In this document: positions 37,625 to 48,600 of the stretch, piece by piece
Layout of the letters: each line of letters begins with the position of its first letter
How positions within the stretch are numbered: position 1 is the first letter of the stretch
NCBI GenBank assembly: GCA_048128005.1
Contig: JBEUKZ010000053.1
Location: 1-64,000, forward strand
DNA: 64,000 bases
Origin: Veleropilina oligotropha
Lineage: Eukaryota
Reading direction: 5' to 3'
Position numbers and translations under genes: made by a program
The notes under the pieces: model-generated
Seen by the model: only the letters and a program-made list of their open reading frames with translations
Told to the model about the DNA's origin: nothing
Database searches by the model: none

Positions 37625-38929
37625 ATGGCTAAGAGCCCCTTTGCTTTCAATAGGAGTGCGGCCTATCCGCCTGGGGTGGTGTACCCAGGAAGGATCAACG
37701 ATGAGCAGCTTACAAGACCACGCGTCGTTGTCTCCTCGTCTGAATCTCCCCATCCTGCATTCGGGGCCGACTACCCCGACGTCTTTCAAAAATACCGCCT
37801 CCCTCACGTCGCGAGTGATCGGCTAATATGGGATTGGAACAGCACGCCGATGCGGTTCTGGCAGAATAAGGTCAACTTCGCCGTATGGTGTGCCACAACA
37901 GGTTCCGGGATCTCCTCAGAAGACCACTTGAATGCGACCGACCCCCTCTCCAGAGCCGTATTCACCTTCCACGTCTACTATCAGGTCAGAAGGGTACTGA
38001 CCGAAATTCAGGCGCCGCTGCCACAAGACAGGACGTGGGATGCATTCGACACCCCGTATGATCGAAGGGCATATGAGAAGATCTGCAGCGAGTTTGGAGT
38101 GTCTCCACATACCGACTGGCGTGTCAAGGGTCCCAACGGCGGACTAGGCACCGCTTTCAGCTACTGGACGAACAACGGCTACCACCCCATCGGACGTGAG
38201 TATGATCCAAGCCGAATGTCCTTCACCAAAGGTACGACCAACTCGAATCTGCACGTGGACTACATCGCGCAAGCACCTGCGCTTTCAAACGGCTGGGCTT
38301 CCTTCATCCTGGACAAGTCGGTGGGATTCACGAGGGCCGGCGTGGAAAGGCTCAATGATTCCATCAGGACCTACGTCTGGGCGATTCTTGGAGCGCAGGC
38401 GCAGACACGTGCAGGCATTCTGGGTAGTGGGACGGCATTTGACGCGCAGAAACAGTTCCTGGCGAACGTGGAAGATGCCATCGCATCGCCAGTGGACCTC
38501 CCGGCAGCAATCAAACGGTACCAAGACGTTTTGCAGTATGCCAGGTCCAAGCTAGACTACGTCTTCGGCGTGGGCCTGTATATGGCGCCCAGTGACATGC
38601 TCCTGCGAATAGGTCAGGTGGCTGGGTATAACAACGAAATCGTCGTTGCTACGGAAGACCAGACACTGGGTCTTAATACGACCATCAACGCGGCCAGTAT
38701 TCCACCCAACGCCGCTGGGGAGACTGGAGAGAAAGGACTGGTCGTCCCACAAGACGAGGTCGCAGTCTTACGGGCAGATGCTCCGAAGCACCCAAACGAT
38801 GAGGCCCCGGGGGCAGCTGTTTCAGCCGGGGGGGCTGCCTCACATGACGAGGAGAAAACCGCACTTATCGTGGGTGGCGTCGTCATTTGCCTAGCGTTTA
38901 TTTGGCTGGCAGCACCCCAAACTGGCTAG
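37625..38929 (+). CDS. Viral conserved hypothetical protein with C-terminal TM anchor
   Basis: Long intact ORF (439 aa from the alternative start at 37610) with FWQNKVNFAVWCATTGSG and FHVYYQVRRVL. Ends ALIVGGVVICLAFIWL. Confidence 0.75.
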   Translation: MAKSPFAFNRSAAYPPGVVYPGRINDEQLTRPRVVVSSSESPHPAFGADYPDVFQKYRLPHVASDRLIWDWNSTPMRFWQNKVNFAVWCATTGSGISSEDHLNATDPLSRAVFTFHVYYQVRRVLTEIQAPLPQDRTWDAFDTPYDRRAYEKICSEFGVSPHTDWRVKGPNGGLGTAFSYWTNNGYHPIGREYDPSRMSFTKGTTNSNLHVDYIAQAPALSNGWASFILDKSVGFTRAGVERLNDSIRTYVWAILGAQAQTRAGILGSGTAFDAQKQFLANVEDAIASPVDLPAAIKRYQDVLQYARSKLDYVFGVGLYMAPSDMLLRIGQVAGYNNEIVVATEDQTLGLNTTINAASIPPNAAGETGEKGLVVPQDEVAVLRADAPKHPNDEAPGAAVSAGGAASHDEEKTALIVGGVVICLAFIWLAAPQTG

Positions 38930-40160
38930 CGGCCATAAGAAGCAAGCCCCCAACAGATATAATCACAGCCCACAGGTGGTCAGCCAGCCACGACGCTGTC
39001 TTGCCGACCAGGTTGATGAGCAAGGAAAGTAGGCTGCCAATCATGCCTGGGAGTGCCGCTGCCACCTTCCCCGCTAGTTTACCCAGAAGCCGACCCAGGG
39101 TCCGCAGGTGCTTTTTGACCCACTCCTTGATGCCTTGACCACTGGAAGGTGGTGGTGGTTGTGGTATGCTCGGCGCTCCGCCTGTTAGGGCTAGTACCAA
39201 AGTCGAGATGGCCAACCTGATCGCGGTCAGTATGGTCACAATCATGACCCCCTGCTCGCGGAATAGGGTCCGGATACGCTCGGCCAGCGCCGTGTCTGAG
39301 TGGAGAATCCGACATCATCTCTCGGATCCGGCTGATTTGAGAGCGAAGGGCATCCCGGCTTGATGAGGCTGCCTCTAGGCGAGCTTCTCGTTCATCCTGT
39401 AAGTTGCGAAGACGTTCCGCGATTCGTCGACGGACGAACTCCTCGACACCTCCTTCATCTGCCTGAGCGAGCTTCCTCTTCTCCAGAGCTATGTGTTCGT
39501 CCAGCGCCGTTAGTTTGGCCAGGTTGTTTGTGAGCTCGCCTCGGATGGTCTGCATTGCCTTGTCCAGCCCGCGAAGCTCACGAAGATTTAAGGGGGGGTC
39601 CCCCATCGTGCCTAAGATCTCATCAACCTCAGCATCTGTGAACGTCGTCTCCATTGTGTGGATTGCAGATGCCGCATCTGTAGTGGTCTGCCCCAAGTCC
39701 CGCAGTTCCACGTTGTCTACGTTGGCCGCCGCACCGCTCAACGCATTGTCGGCGGCCTGAAAAGCTGCAACCGCTTTTGAGGGCAGCTTTTGTCCCCCCG
39801 CTTCCAGTCTACGAAGCCCAACCCATCTCTGATGGCACTACCCCCACCACGCCGGCCAGCTATGGTTGCCAAAGCCTTGGGTTTACCGGTGCTAGAATTG
39901 ATGAGATAGATGTGGGGCCATGCTTTCATCTGCAGTCGCCCGTCCACGTAATCGAACCTGGAGTAATCACGCCCCGTGGCGGGGGTTTGCCCCTCCTTGG
40001 ACAGGGCATTGTAGTAGTCATCAACCGCTGTTTGAACAAGCTCTTGCCGCAGACCGCTGGTTCCTTCCTGTGGCGCCGCCACAATCCAGTCCGTGGATCC
40101 AACCTCACCATCATCATCGATGATGTCGGGCTCGAATGTGGGGTTCTCAAATTCCGCCAT
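38898..40160 (-). pseudogene. Viral coiled-coil protein with C-terminal hydrophobic/amphipathic segments; two frameshifts (~39795 in a G run, ~39310)
   Basis: Joins three track ORFs: MAEFENPTFEPD...WKRG / QKLPSKAVAAFQAADNALSGAAA...LRELRGLDKAMQTIRGELTNNLAKL... / RILHSDTALAERIRTLFREQGVMIVTILTAI...LPGMIGSLLS..WAVIISVGGLLL. Confidence 0.75.
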
Positions 40161-40203
40161 TTGAATACAACCAGAGGGGTACGCATCTAATTCAGCCAAC
40201 ACT

Positions 40204-41508
40204 ATGGCAAGCCTATACGGACGCACGCTTGATCCATACCGCAGACTGCGAGAGCCTCTTGGGGTCAAGGGTATCCACCAATCTGTGACCATAACGAACA
40301 ACCCCTCCACGATCGCCGCCAACCAGCAGCTGTTGGTTCGGTTCCCTAATCTCGGGGCTCATGACGTGATCGTTCCAGGGACTGCCCATCTCGCATTCAC
40401 CATTTCTCTGACCTCGGCTAACCCGAACAGAACCGTAGTGCAGAATATCGGACGCGCTGTGGTCAAGAAGACCACGATAAAGATCAGTGGGAACGAGGTC
40501 TTGTCGATTGACGACTCCGACGTGTATCACTGCTACTGTGACCTCTGGAAGACGTCCTCAGAACGCAGCAGCGCCCACTACCAGGGTATTGATACCAGCG
40601 TCGGCCACAACACTACGAAGAATCGTGTCGGCGCTGAGGGCGCCTTCAGACGTTCTGAGGACGCGGCCATCTCGGACGCTTACGGTCTGAGGTTCCGCAT
40701 CCCGCTGGACTTCGAGTTGCTGGAGAGCCATATGCCGTTCTATCAGAGCGCGCTTGGGGACCGTTTGGAGTACGAACTCACGTTCAACGATTATTCGAGG
40801 ACGATCAAGGACACGGATGACCCGGCTGCAAGCTACAGCATCGACAATATCAGCCTTGAGTACGATATGGTCACCCAGGTAGAGCTGGCCAGAGTGATTC
40901 GCAACCAGTACTCTGGCCGCCTCGCCATCCTCTACGACCGTGTTCTCCGGCATCGTAAGCTCACCCTAGACAAGAGCGACACGCTGTGGAATCTGAACTT
41001 GAACGTCCCCGCGAGGTCCATGAAGGGTATCCTATTGCTGTTTGAGGACCCTGCGAGAGACGCCGCACCATTCGCGAGAGACACCGAGGCCTTCTATAAC
41101 CCGAAGATCACAAAAGTCGAGATAGTTATTGAAGGGGTTCCGAATCAAATCTACAGCTCCGGTATGCGTTCCTACCAGATGTGGGACGAAGCCAGGAGAT
41201 TCTTCGCCTCCTCCCCGATCAGCAAGCGGCATCCTGAGGTGGCGTTGGTTGCCAAGGACTTGGAATTAGCCGACGTCACCCTAGGCCAATTCTTAACGAA
41301 GAAGTACGCACTTTGGATCGACCTGAGAGTCACCGACGACGATCAGCTGCAAGGCTCCGGCCGGAAAGTAGATAATGGCAGCGAGGGTATCACTATTCAG
41401 ATCACGAAGATAGGCGAGGCAGCCGGCCCGTTGAACGTTTACGAATTCGTGGTCATGGATGCACAGTTGAACATCGAGAATGGACGCTTTGTCACAGCGC
41501 TGTACTAG
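40204..41508 (+). CDS. Major capsid protein (double jelly-roll, hexon-like)
   Basis: Intact 434-aa beta-rich ORF directly upstream of the packaging ATPase. Contains NPSTIAANQQLLVRFPNL, IGRAVVKK..IKISGNEV, FRIPLDF, NISLEYD and FYNPKITKVEIVIEG. Confidence 0.75.
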   Translation: MASLYGRTLDPYRRLREPLGVKGIHQSVTITNNPSTIAANQQLLVRFPNLGAHDVIVPGTAHLAFTISLTSANPNRTVVQNIGRAVVKKTTIKISGNEVLSIDDSDVYHCYCDLWKTSSERSSAHYQGIDTSVGHNTTKNRVGAEGAFRRSEDAAISDAYGLRFRIPLDFELLESHMPFYQSALGDRLEYELTFNDYSRTIKDTDDPAASYSIDNISLEYDMVTQVELARVIRNQYSGRLAILYDRVLRHRKLTLDKSDTLWNLNLNVPARSMKGILLLFEDPARDAAPFARDTEAFYNPKITKVEIVIEGVPNQIYSSGMRSYQMWDEARRFFASSPISKRHPEVALVAKDLELADVTLGQFLTKKYALWIDLRVTDDDQLQGSGRKVDNGSEGITIQITKIGEAAGPLNVYEFVVMDAQLNIENGRFVTALY

Positions 41509-42112
41509 ACGGTTCCCGCACCCCAAGGACCCCCACTCCGCGATCATCTGCGGCCAGACTGGCTGCGGGAAGACGGTCTTCATGCTTGACCTGCTGAAAG
41601 GGGTCTATCGAGGGGTGTTCCGGCACATCGTAATTCTCTGCCCCACGATCAAGCACAACGAAGCCTACCAGTCCTGTCCATGGATCTGGACTGACCCGGA
41701 GGTGTACATAATCCCCCCTGGTGAGCGACTCCATGACTGGTTGCGGGGGTTCTACCGGCTTTTCCAGGGGGAGTCGACCCTCTACATAATCGACGACTGC
41801 GCGGCCAGCAAGGCCCTAGCTAAGAGACGGGACATGTTGACTGAGCTGGCCTTTAGCGGAAGGCATGCCTCCCAGTCCGTATGGGTGGTGACGCAGAAGT
41901 ACAACTCGGTCCTGAAGGAGTTTCGGGAGCAGACCCGCTTTGTCGCGCTGTTCCATTGTAAGGACCGGGATTCATACGAAGAGTGTCTGCGCGAGAACGA
42001 CGTAATCCCATCTCAGGATGAGAGAACCGCGGTGCGGGGGCTTTTGGCCGAGACGCGCCACCTAAAACTTCTGTTGAAAACTGACCAGCCCGTTGCTTAT
42101 AGCGTGGTGTAG
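41480..42112 (+). CDS. A32/FtsK-HerA family DNA packaging ATPase
   Basis: Walker A IICGQTGCGKT, Walker B YIIDD, Arg-finger motif SGRH, VVTQKY. Confidence 0.9.
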   Translation: MDALSQRCTRRFPHPKDPHSAIICGQTGCGKTVFMLDLLKGVYRGVFRHIVILCPTIKHNEAYQSCPWIWTDPEVYIIPPGERLHDWLRGFYRLFQGESTLYIIDDCAASKALAKRRDMLTELAFSGRHASQSVWVVTQKYNSVLKEFREQTRFVALFHCKDRDSYEECLRENDVIPSQDERTAVRGLLAETRHLKLLLKTDQPVAYSVV

Positions 42113-42328
42113 CAGCTACTTGGCATCTACCAGGCACCTCCTAGCACCTACTTGGCATCTACCAGGCACCTACCAGGCATCTCGTGAGCAAGCTCTCACA
42201 TGTCGGACGCGGTATACATATTCTGTGCTTGCAGCCAGGGCCTGCTGTTGCTGCTGCAGGTAGCATTGTGGTCCTGGCTGTACTACGGTTATATTAGACC
42301 GACGCGGAGATGTTTGAAACGCTTGAGA

Positions 42329-42917
42329 ATGGACAGCCTCATCGATCAACTCTTGGATGACGAGGAAGAAATGACCACACCGGTCTGCCCCGGGGGGGCC
42401 CCCCTCCCCCTCCACGACCTCCGGCAAGGAACTTGTCAGTAACTCTGTAGTCACGGCAAAGAAACGGGAGAGGCTCGCAGCACTAGCCGTTGGAGGGGAA
42501 GCCCACCGATACTTGGGGCGAAACCTCACGGTGGACCGGATCGACGCCATGACCGCCGAAGAGGTTGATAGACACCATGCGAGGTATGAAGTGAGGCTCG
42601 GCGCCGAGCTGACGAAAACCCTGGGGACTGCGGCGATACACCTGTATGCGGGGGCAGCCGGGATGTTCTTGCCCATTCCACCGGAAAACCAAATACGGCT
42701 GATCGCCGACCTGGAGGCCGACCCATTCATCAGCCATGCGCTCCGCGGTGTCAGCTGTGAGCTGTATCACCAGTACGGCATGTATCTAGCACCGCTGACA
42801 GCCGCGCTGACCACGGCGAGGCACTGCCGATTTGGACACGTCTGCCCGCCTAAGATTCCAGAGCGAGAGCGAGATCAAGATGACAACGCCGGAAGTGGAC
42901 CAGCCGATAGAGGGTGA
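42329..42917 (+). pseudogene. Viral hypothetical protein, frameshifted in a G/C homopolymer tract (~42390-42412)
   Basis: MDSLIDQLLDDEEE... / KKRERLAALAVGGEAHRYLGRNLT...DLEADPFISHAL...YGMYLAPLTAALTTARHC. Confidence 0.55.
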
Positions 42918-43378
42918 CCCGGCCGATAGAGAGGGTGACCCAGCCGATAGAGACGATAGAGAGGGTGACCTCTTCTTCGGGGAAGGACCCTAAGAAGGTG
43001 GCTGCAGGGAAGGCCGGTGCTGCTGCTCGGAAAGCCAAACAGGAGAGGCTACTTGCCGATGTTAGAAAACTTAAGGACGACATCCGGCAAAATGTCGTTC
43101 CATCAGAACCGCCGGAGGCACAGCCCCAAAAACAGAGTGGTGCCCCGGCCGAGGTGACCGCGGTCGAAAACGCAGTACGGTCAGATACACGGAAATCGGA
43201 CCCATTTAATTGGACCCAATGACTCTTCGCTGCAGGCGGGGTTGCGTTGTTATTTGTTGTCTGGAGACGCAGCAGTGGTCCACCCACACCACATCAACAG
43301 CCACCAGCACAGGCGAGGCAGCCCACCCCAACCACCACCGAATTGGAGACTAGGCCCAACCCTTTTCATATGCGATAG
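42880..43378 (+). pseudogene. Viral basic protein with (PIERVT) repeats, KDPKKVAAGK motif and C-terminal TM; frameshift plus TGA
   Basis: 21-bp repeats at 42901-42970. After the TGA at 43220-43222 the frame continues LFAAGGVALLFVVWRR...NPFHMR. Confidence 0.55.
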
Positions 43379-43703
43379 TAGCAGTACAACATGACTACCC
43401 CAATCACTGATAGAAAGAAGCTCGAAGATGCCGTCTATAATTCGGCCATAGTGACTGGCCTTGCCCTCGGCCACTCACGCCTGATGAAGATGGCCCTCAA
43501 GCGGAGCTGCTGCGCGGAAGGCCAAACAGGAGAGGCTACTTGCCCAGGTAAGAAAACTGAAAGAAGACACCCGCACAGTTCCAGAACTACCAGAGGCACA
43601 GCCCCAACAAAAACACAGTGGTGCCCCCCGGCCCTACCCCCCAGCCACCATCGAATTGGAGACTAGGCCCAACCCTTTCGATATGCAATAGTAGCAGTAC
43701 AAC

Positions 43704-43943
43704 ATGACTACCCCAATCACTGATGGAAAGATGCTCGGCAACGCCGTCTATCATTCGGCCCTAGTGTCTGGCCTTGCCATCGGCTACTCACGCCTGACAA
43801 AGATGGTATTCAAGGGGGCGAACCCCAAGCTGGACTTCACGGGTTACGACGTGGGGATGGTCGTCCTCGACGTAGCGCTCGCCATGGCGACGAAAGATAT
43901 GCTGATCAAGCAGGGCATCATCCCCGCCGACATATTGAAGTAG
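43704..43943 (+). CDS. Small hydrophobic viral protein, 79 aa (partial duplicate at 43391-43500)
   Basis: MTTPITDGKMLGNAVYHSALVSGLAIGY...VVLDVALAMATKDMLIKQGIIP. Confidence 0.7.
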   Translation: MTTPITDGKMLGNAVYHSALVSGLAIGYSRLTKMVFKGANPKLDFTGYDVGMVVLDVALAMATKDMLIKQGIIPADILK

Positions 43944-43961
43944 TGGGACCTGCTAGATTTA

Positions 43962-44393
43962 ATGGCTTCCGTAGCGATGCTGGTTGGGGGCGCCCTTGTC
44001 AACGCCCTTGCCTTCAGCGGGTCAAACTTCCTGTTCTCGAAGCTACGCAGCTCCGGTGTTGACGAGGAGTGTAAACGCCACGACAAAGCCGTAGAGCAGC
44101 TCCAGGCCGCTCAGACTAAATGGTCACAACAGAGGGCAGAGCGTCTCGATTGGCTTAACGTTGAACTTCGCCGCCAGGGTCACGCTGTTGGCACATTCCG
44201 GGATGTTGACGCCGCGATCCGTGAGTATGCATTGATCACCGGCAAGAACCTTGACCCCGGTTTGGGTGGTGGTCCTGAGCCCGCCCTGTCTGACTACTAC
44301 ACGCCGAGTGACGACCAGAAAAAGCGAGAGATCACCTTCGTCATCCTGGGGATGGCTGCGACCGGGTTGGTAGCCTACAAGCTCCTACCCTAA
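43962..44393 (+). CDS. Viral membrane protein: N-terminal hydrophobic segment, coiled coil, C-terminal TM
   Basis: MASVAMLVGGALVNALAFSGSNFLF...KRHDKAVEQLQAA...LSDYYTPSDDQK..ITFVILGMAATGLVAY. Confidence 0.75.
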   Translation: MASVAMLVGGALVNALAFSGSNFLFSKLRSSGVDEECKRHDKAVEQLQAAQTKWSQQRAERLDWLNVELRRQGHAVGTFRDVDAAIREYALITGKNLDPGLGGGPEPALSDYYTPSDDQKKREITFVILGMAATGLVAYKLLP

Positions 44394-44402
44394 TTATTTC
44401 CA

Positions 44403-44654
44403 GTGGACATTTTTTTCGTGGACATGTATAGGATGGGGCTCCCAGAAGAGCTGTACTGTGCCTTGCTAGAGGTGGGCCTTGGTACTACGTCACTCGACTG
44501 CTGGCGGCGCAACGAAAAGACTATGGTGCGGTTCGCTGTCCTGGTGCTCTCGGGCCCGACCAACCTACGGGCGACGACTGGGCAGCTTCCGGAGGTGGCA
44601 GCTGAAGCCTGTTGGAGACTGATCAGTTTACTGGAATACATTGCTGATGGATAG
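44403..44654 (+). CDS. Small viral hypothetical protein
   Basis: Fills the gap between neighbours and its stop overlaps the integrase start. Confidence 0.4.
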   Translation: MDIFFVDMYRMGLPEELYCALLEVGLGTTSLDCWRRNEKTMVRFAVLVLSGPTNLRATTGQLPEVAAEACWRLISLLEYIADG

Positions 44655-45636
44655 TAAGCTTGCGAGGATATACTACAGCCCTAAGGGCTACTGGAAAGGA
44701 ATTGCAGCCATCAAGAAACTAGCTGAGGCTGCCAAGGCGTCTGAAATGGAGGCCCGGACATGGCTTAAGAGGCAGGCTATATGGCAGATCAACCTTCCCA
44801 CCCCTCGCCGCATCCCACGACCACGGTTTGACGTCGTAACGCCGAACGAGGTTCACCAAGCCGACCTCCTGTTTCTCCCCCACGACAAGGTCAGACGCAA
44901 GACCTATAAGTACGCTTTGACTGTGGTTGATGTGGCCAGTCGCTTTAAAGAAGCGGAGCCATTGGCCACAAAAGAGGCCAAAGGGGTTGCTGAAGCTCTG
45001 TCTCGAATCTACAGGCGGAGTCCTCTTAGCTGGCCGAAATTGCTTCAGGTTGATCCAGGGCGAGAGTTCATGGGGACGGTGTCTCAAATACTGGCAAAGA
45101 ATAATGTCGAGGTTAGGCGTGGCCGTGTGGATCTCCATCGTGATCAAGGGATCGTGGAGCGCTTCAACCGGACGCTCGCTGAGCGGCTCTTTGGGCACCA
45201 GTATGCAGTCGAGATGCGGTCCGCAGCCAGGCAGCGGTCAACGGAGCGGGTAGCCCGGTTACCGGCTGTAGTTTCCGCACTGAACGGTGAAATAACCAGG
45301 TTGACAGGGACGAAACCATCTGATGCCGTAAAGGCCAAGATGGTCGCGCAAAAGCCGTCGGTTCCTGCTAGACGCCCTGTTGGTCTCAGGGAGCTGAAAC
45401 TCCCCTCAGGCGTTGGTGTTCGTTACCTTTACTATGATGGTGAGCTGGAGGGGGGTCGTCGGCGAGCGACTGACCCGGTGTGGTCTTTGAAAATTTATCG
45501 GCTTGGACGCTCTGTCACGAAGCCTGACGAGCCTGTGCTCTACTACTTGCGTGATGGACCACCGCGTGGGTTTGTTCGCGAGGAACTGCTCGTGGTGCCT
45601 CGTGACACCCAACTGCCGCCGGTTCTCAGGCGTTAA
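44647..45636 (+). CDS. Retroviral-type DDE integrase (Polinton/Ginger-like)
   Basis: IYYSPKGY, HQADL, LTVVDVASRF, LQVDPGREF, GIVERFNRTL and the C-terminal WS..IY...Y.L motif. Intact. Confidence 0.93.
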   Translation: MDSKLARIYYSPKGYWKGIAAIKKLAEAAKASEMEARTWLKRQAIWQINLPTPRRIPRPRFDVVTPNEVHQADLLFLPHDKVRRKTYKYALTVVDVASRFKEAEPLATKEAKGVAEALSRIYRRSPLSWPKLLQVDPGREFMGTVSQILAKNNVEVRRGRVDLHRDQGIVERFNRTLAERLFGHQYAVEMRSAARQRSTERVARLPAVVSALNGEITRLTGTKPSDAVKAKMVAQKPSVPARRPVGLRELKLPSGVGVRYLYYDGELEGGRRRATDPVWSLKIYRLGRSVTKPDEPVLYYLRDGPPRGFVREELLVVPRDTQLPPVLRR

Positions 45637-48600
45637 CAGACGCAAATCCTCTTTTTCAATTACATTCAAGGCACGTTAAGCGCACGTTGTCGCGGATGTG
45701 GCCCCTGCTGTTGTCCACACGGTCGACACAACTGCTGTGTATCTTTGGGCTGGTAGGCCCAGAGCAGCTCTATGTTGCATGCTGCGCATCGGTTGTTTTG
45801 GGCTTCTTTGAGCTGCAGGATGTCCTCGACCTTGAGGTTAAATCCCTGGAGTCCCTTTGCCTGGTCCTGGCGCATGTATGCCACGAGCTTCCTCTGGATG
45901 GTTTTTCGGAGCTGCTGCTTGCTCTGCTGCGCTTGCGCGTGGGGGAGGCTGTCCTCAGAACCCTCATCCGGAGGACAGGTTACCCGTTCGAGCTGATGCA
46001 GATACTCCACCCGGGACACGGCTAGGTAGGCGAGATTACTCCACTGAAGGTAGTCGTCGATGATCCAGACTTTCTGTGGGTCGTGAATCGTAAGACCCTG
46101 GCTCGAATGGATGGTGAGAGCATAGCCCAGGCGCCAATCCGGGGTCAGGATAGCCCGCTCAGCGGCCTCAATCGTGACCTCAACGACGTCGTTGAGAACT
46201 AGCTCCTGTCTTTCGTCGGTTCCCGGAATTGTTACCATGATGTTTTGCTTACGGGTGTCCCTGAGGTGGTAAAGGATAGGAACCGGGGAGTCTGGGAAGT
46301 GCTCCGTGTGCCTCTGGAGCAACAGCTCTTGAGCCCGTTCGCGGACCTTCTGACGGCTGGTGAGGAGTAGGTCACCTGGCTTCCAGATTTTGACAAACCG
46401 GTCCCATCCAAGGCAGCTGGGGAGAGTCTTACGCATTTCCCGGCACTGGATTTTGTCGGGCTGGAGGCGGATACGTCTTTTCAGGGCTTGGAGGGCAGGG
46501 TCGTCTTTCGCCCTGTAGTCTACTTCGATCTCCTCATAGTAGTCCGCGGTCCTTCGCAGCCAATCGTGCGGCATCTCCCACGTAATCGGTGGTGGCTGGC
46601 CCTGGTCCCCACAGCAGATAACCTGAACTTCGTGGTGGCCCAGCCAGTCCAAGAACATCTCGAGGATAGGCCGGGGAACAGTACAGACCTCGTCCCAGAT
46701 AATGACGTGGGGAATGAACTTCTGACCCATGCGGGCGGGTGTCCAGTCATTCTGACCGCTCCATCGGAAGAAGCTGTGGTAAGTCTGGGCTTTGACACCC
46801 CTGGTCCGCATTTCTTTAGCGAGGCGGTGCGTAGGCGTGAATACAATGGGATTCCTTGCCCGAAATAGTTCGATCGCTCTCGTAGTCTTGCCACAGCCCC
46901 CTCCACCGTTGAGGTAACTCAGGCGATGGTGGGTCAGCGTGTCACTGTAGCATGGCGCGGTGCTTGGCTGGCTGGAATTGGCGGCACAACAATACTCTGG
47001 CTTGGGCAGGTATGCGGCATGTTCCTGTGGCAGGTACAGCTGTTCGCCCTTGTCACGCCACTGGGCCGGTGCTACTGGCGGAAGGTACGTCTCCCCGATC
47101 AGACAGGAGATGCACGATTTATCGCCACAGTCGCAGAGTTGGGGGGCAACGTACGCCTCGACTCTGTCGAGCTTGTGAAGTGCCGTTTTCTTGATGTAGA
47201 TGTTGTCAGTGGCCACGCGTACGGCTTCTGCTGCACTGAAACGCTGGAGCATTGAGAGGAGGTTTATGTGGGCATAGGCCAGCATCGATGCCCTCAGGTG
47301 GGTGTACTGTGGCTGTGAGCCATCATAGTACGTGAGGATGTGCCCCATAGGGCACCTTTGAGGTGCGCCGACCAGGGTACCGCTTTGGCGGGTGTCTCTT
47401 ACCAGGAAGTCAAGCTCTCCCTGGTCAATCACAAGCCTTCGTGTCAATCTTTTGCCGTCAGCTTTGCTGCCTTGGGTGAATTTGCCGATAATGCTGCAGC
47501 CCTGGTCACGATCCAGAGGAAGCCAGACATCGGTCTGCTTTCTGAATGCGATGATGGCTTCTCGGATCTTGAGGTTTTTAGCAGTCCAGATTCTACGAGG
47601 AAGGCGAGCAGCGGGGTTGGTGCCCATCCATGTTCTGCAAAGTGCTTTCCGAACCAGGCGGGAATGGTGGGGTGGATTTCTCGTGCAAACTCCCATTCCA
47701 CGACCTCGGCAAAGCCAGTACCGATTTCTTGGGGAAGAGGACCGTTAATTGCGACCCGAGTCATGCTGTGGGTTGGGTGTCCGAATCTTTCGAAGTACGG
47801 CTTAGCCTCGCCCTTCCCCTGAAAGCTAGCAGGGTAGCAGGCTTTCATATCGATGCAGCAGACATCTCTCGTGTCATAGCCCATGGAATTCCAAAGGCCA
47901 CCGTGACCATGCTCTACGCAGGCCTTCTGGATATCATCGAGCAGGCTGGCCGGGGTAGGTTTCCAGCCGTTGTTCTCTTTGGCCATAATGCTAGCTGCAT
48001 GGTTCACGCCAAAGGCCCGATCGGCAAGAGACTCATTACCTAGAGCCTGACATGCTTCCTGAAGAGCGGTGTGAACCTCTTTCGTCCTGTACGTGCGGCC
48101 ATCTTGAAGCACGAACTGGTCCACGTTGAGCTGTCGGTCTGTACCGCCAAGGAGCCAGACAGCTAATGGCTCATTATGTGTGGCTTGTCGAATAGCTTCC
48201 CAGACATCGCCCTCATACAGGTGGACCTCGCGAGACTGCGGGAAATGAAGGTCCTTGGACCAGGCGTGGCCGTTGTGACAGATGAGTTCTACGTTTCTGA
48301 ATGTATGGTTTCCTTGACCGCGGTATTTACCAGAGTTGTAGATGTCCGCACCTGCAATGTCTCTCAAGATAATCGCCCGTTTCAGTATCTTCTCGAGGAT
48401 GGATATATCATCCACAGTGGCGCCTGTTTCATGGACTCGCTCTTCCCACTCCTGTATTTTCTGCCGCCTGGTCGGGGTGAGTCCGTTTCCTCTCAGGGCA
48501 CCTTCAAAGTGCTCAATCACTCTTTGGGCAACGCAGTGGAGGTCGCCGTTCTTCATTGGGACCAAGTTGGCGGGGTTTGGTTCTCTGAGAGGGTAGAGGC

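Noticed and set aside
47565..47590. Programmed -1 frameshift joining the two replicase ORFs
   Set aside because: CTA AAA ACC is not a canonical X XXY YYZ site and the element has many other lesions. A 1-nt deletion or sequencing error is simpler, though recoding is not strictly excluded.
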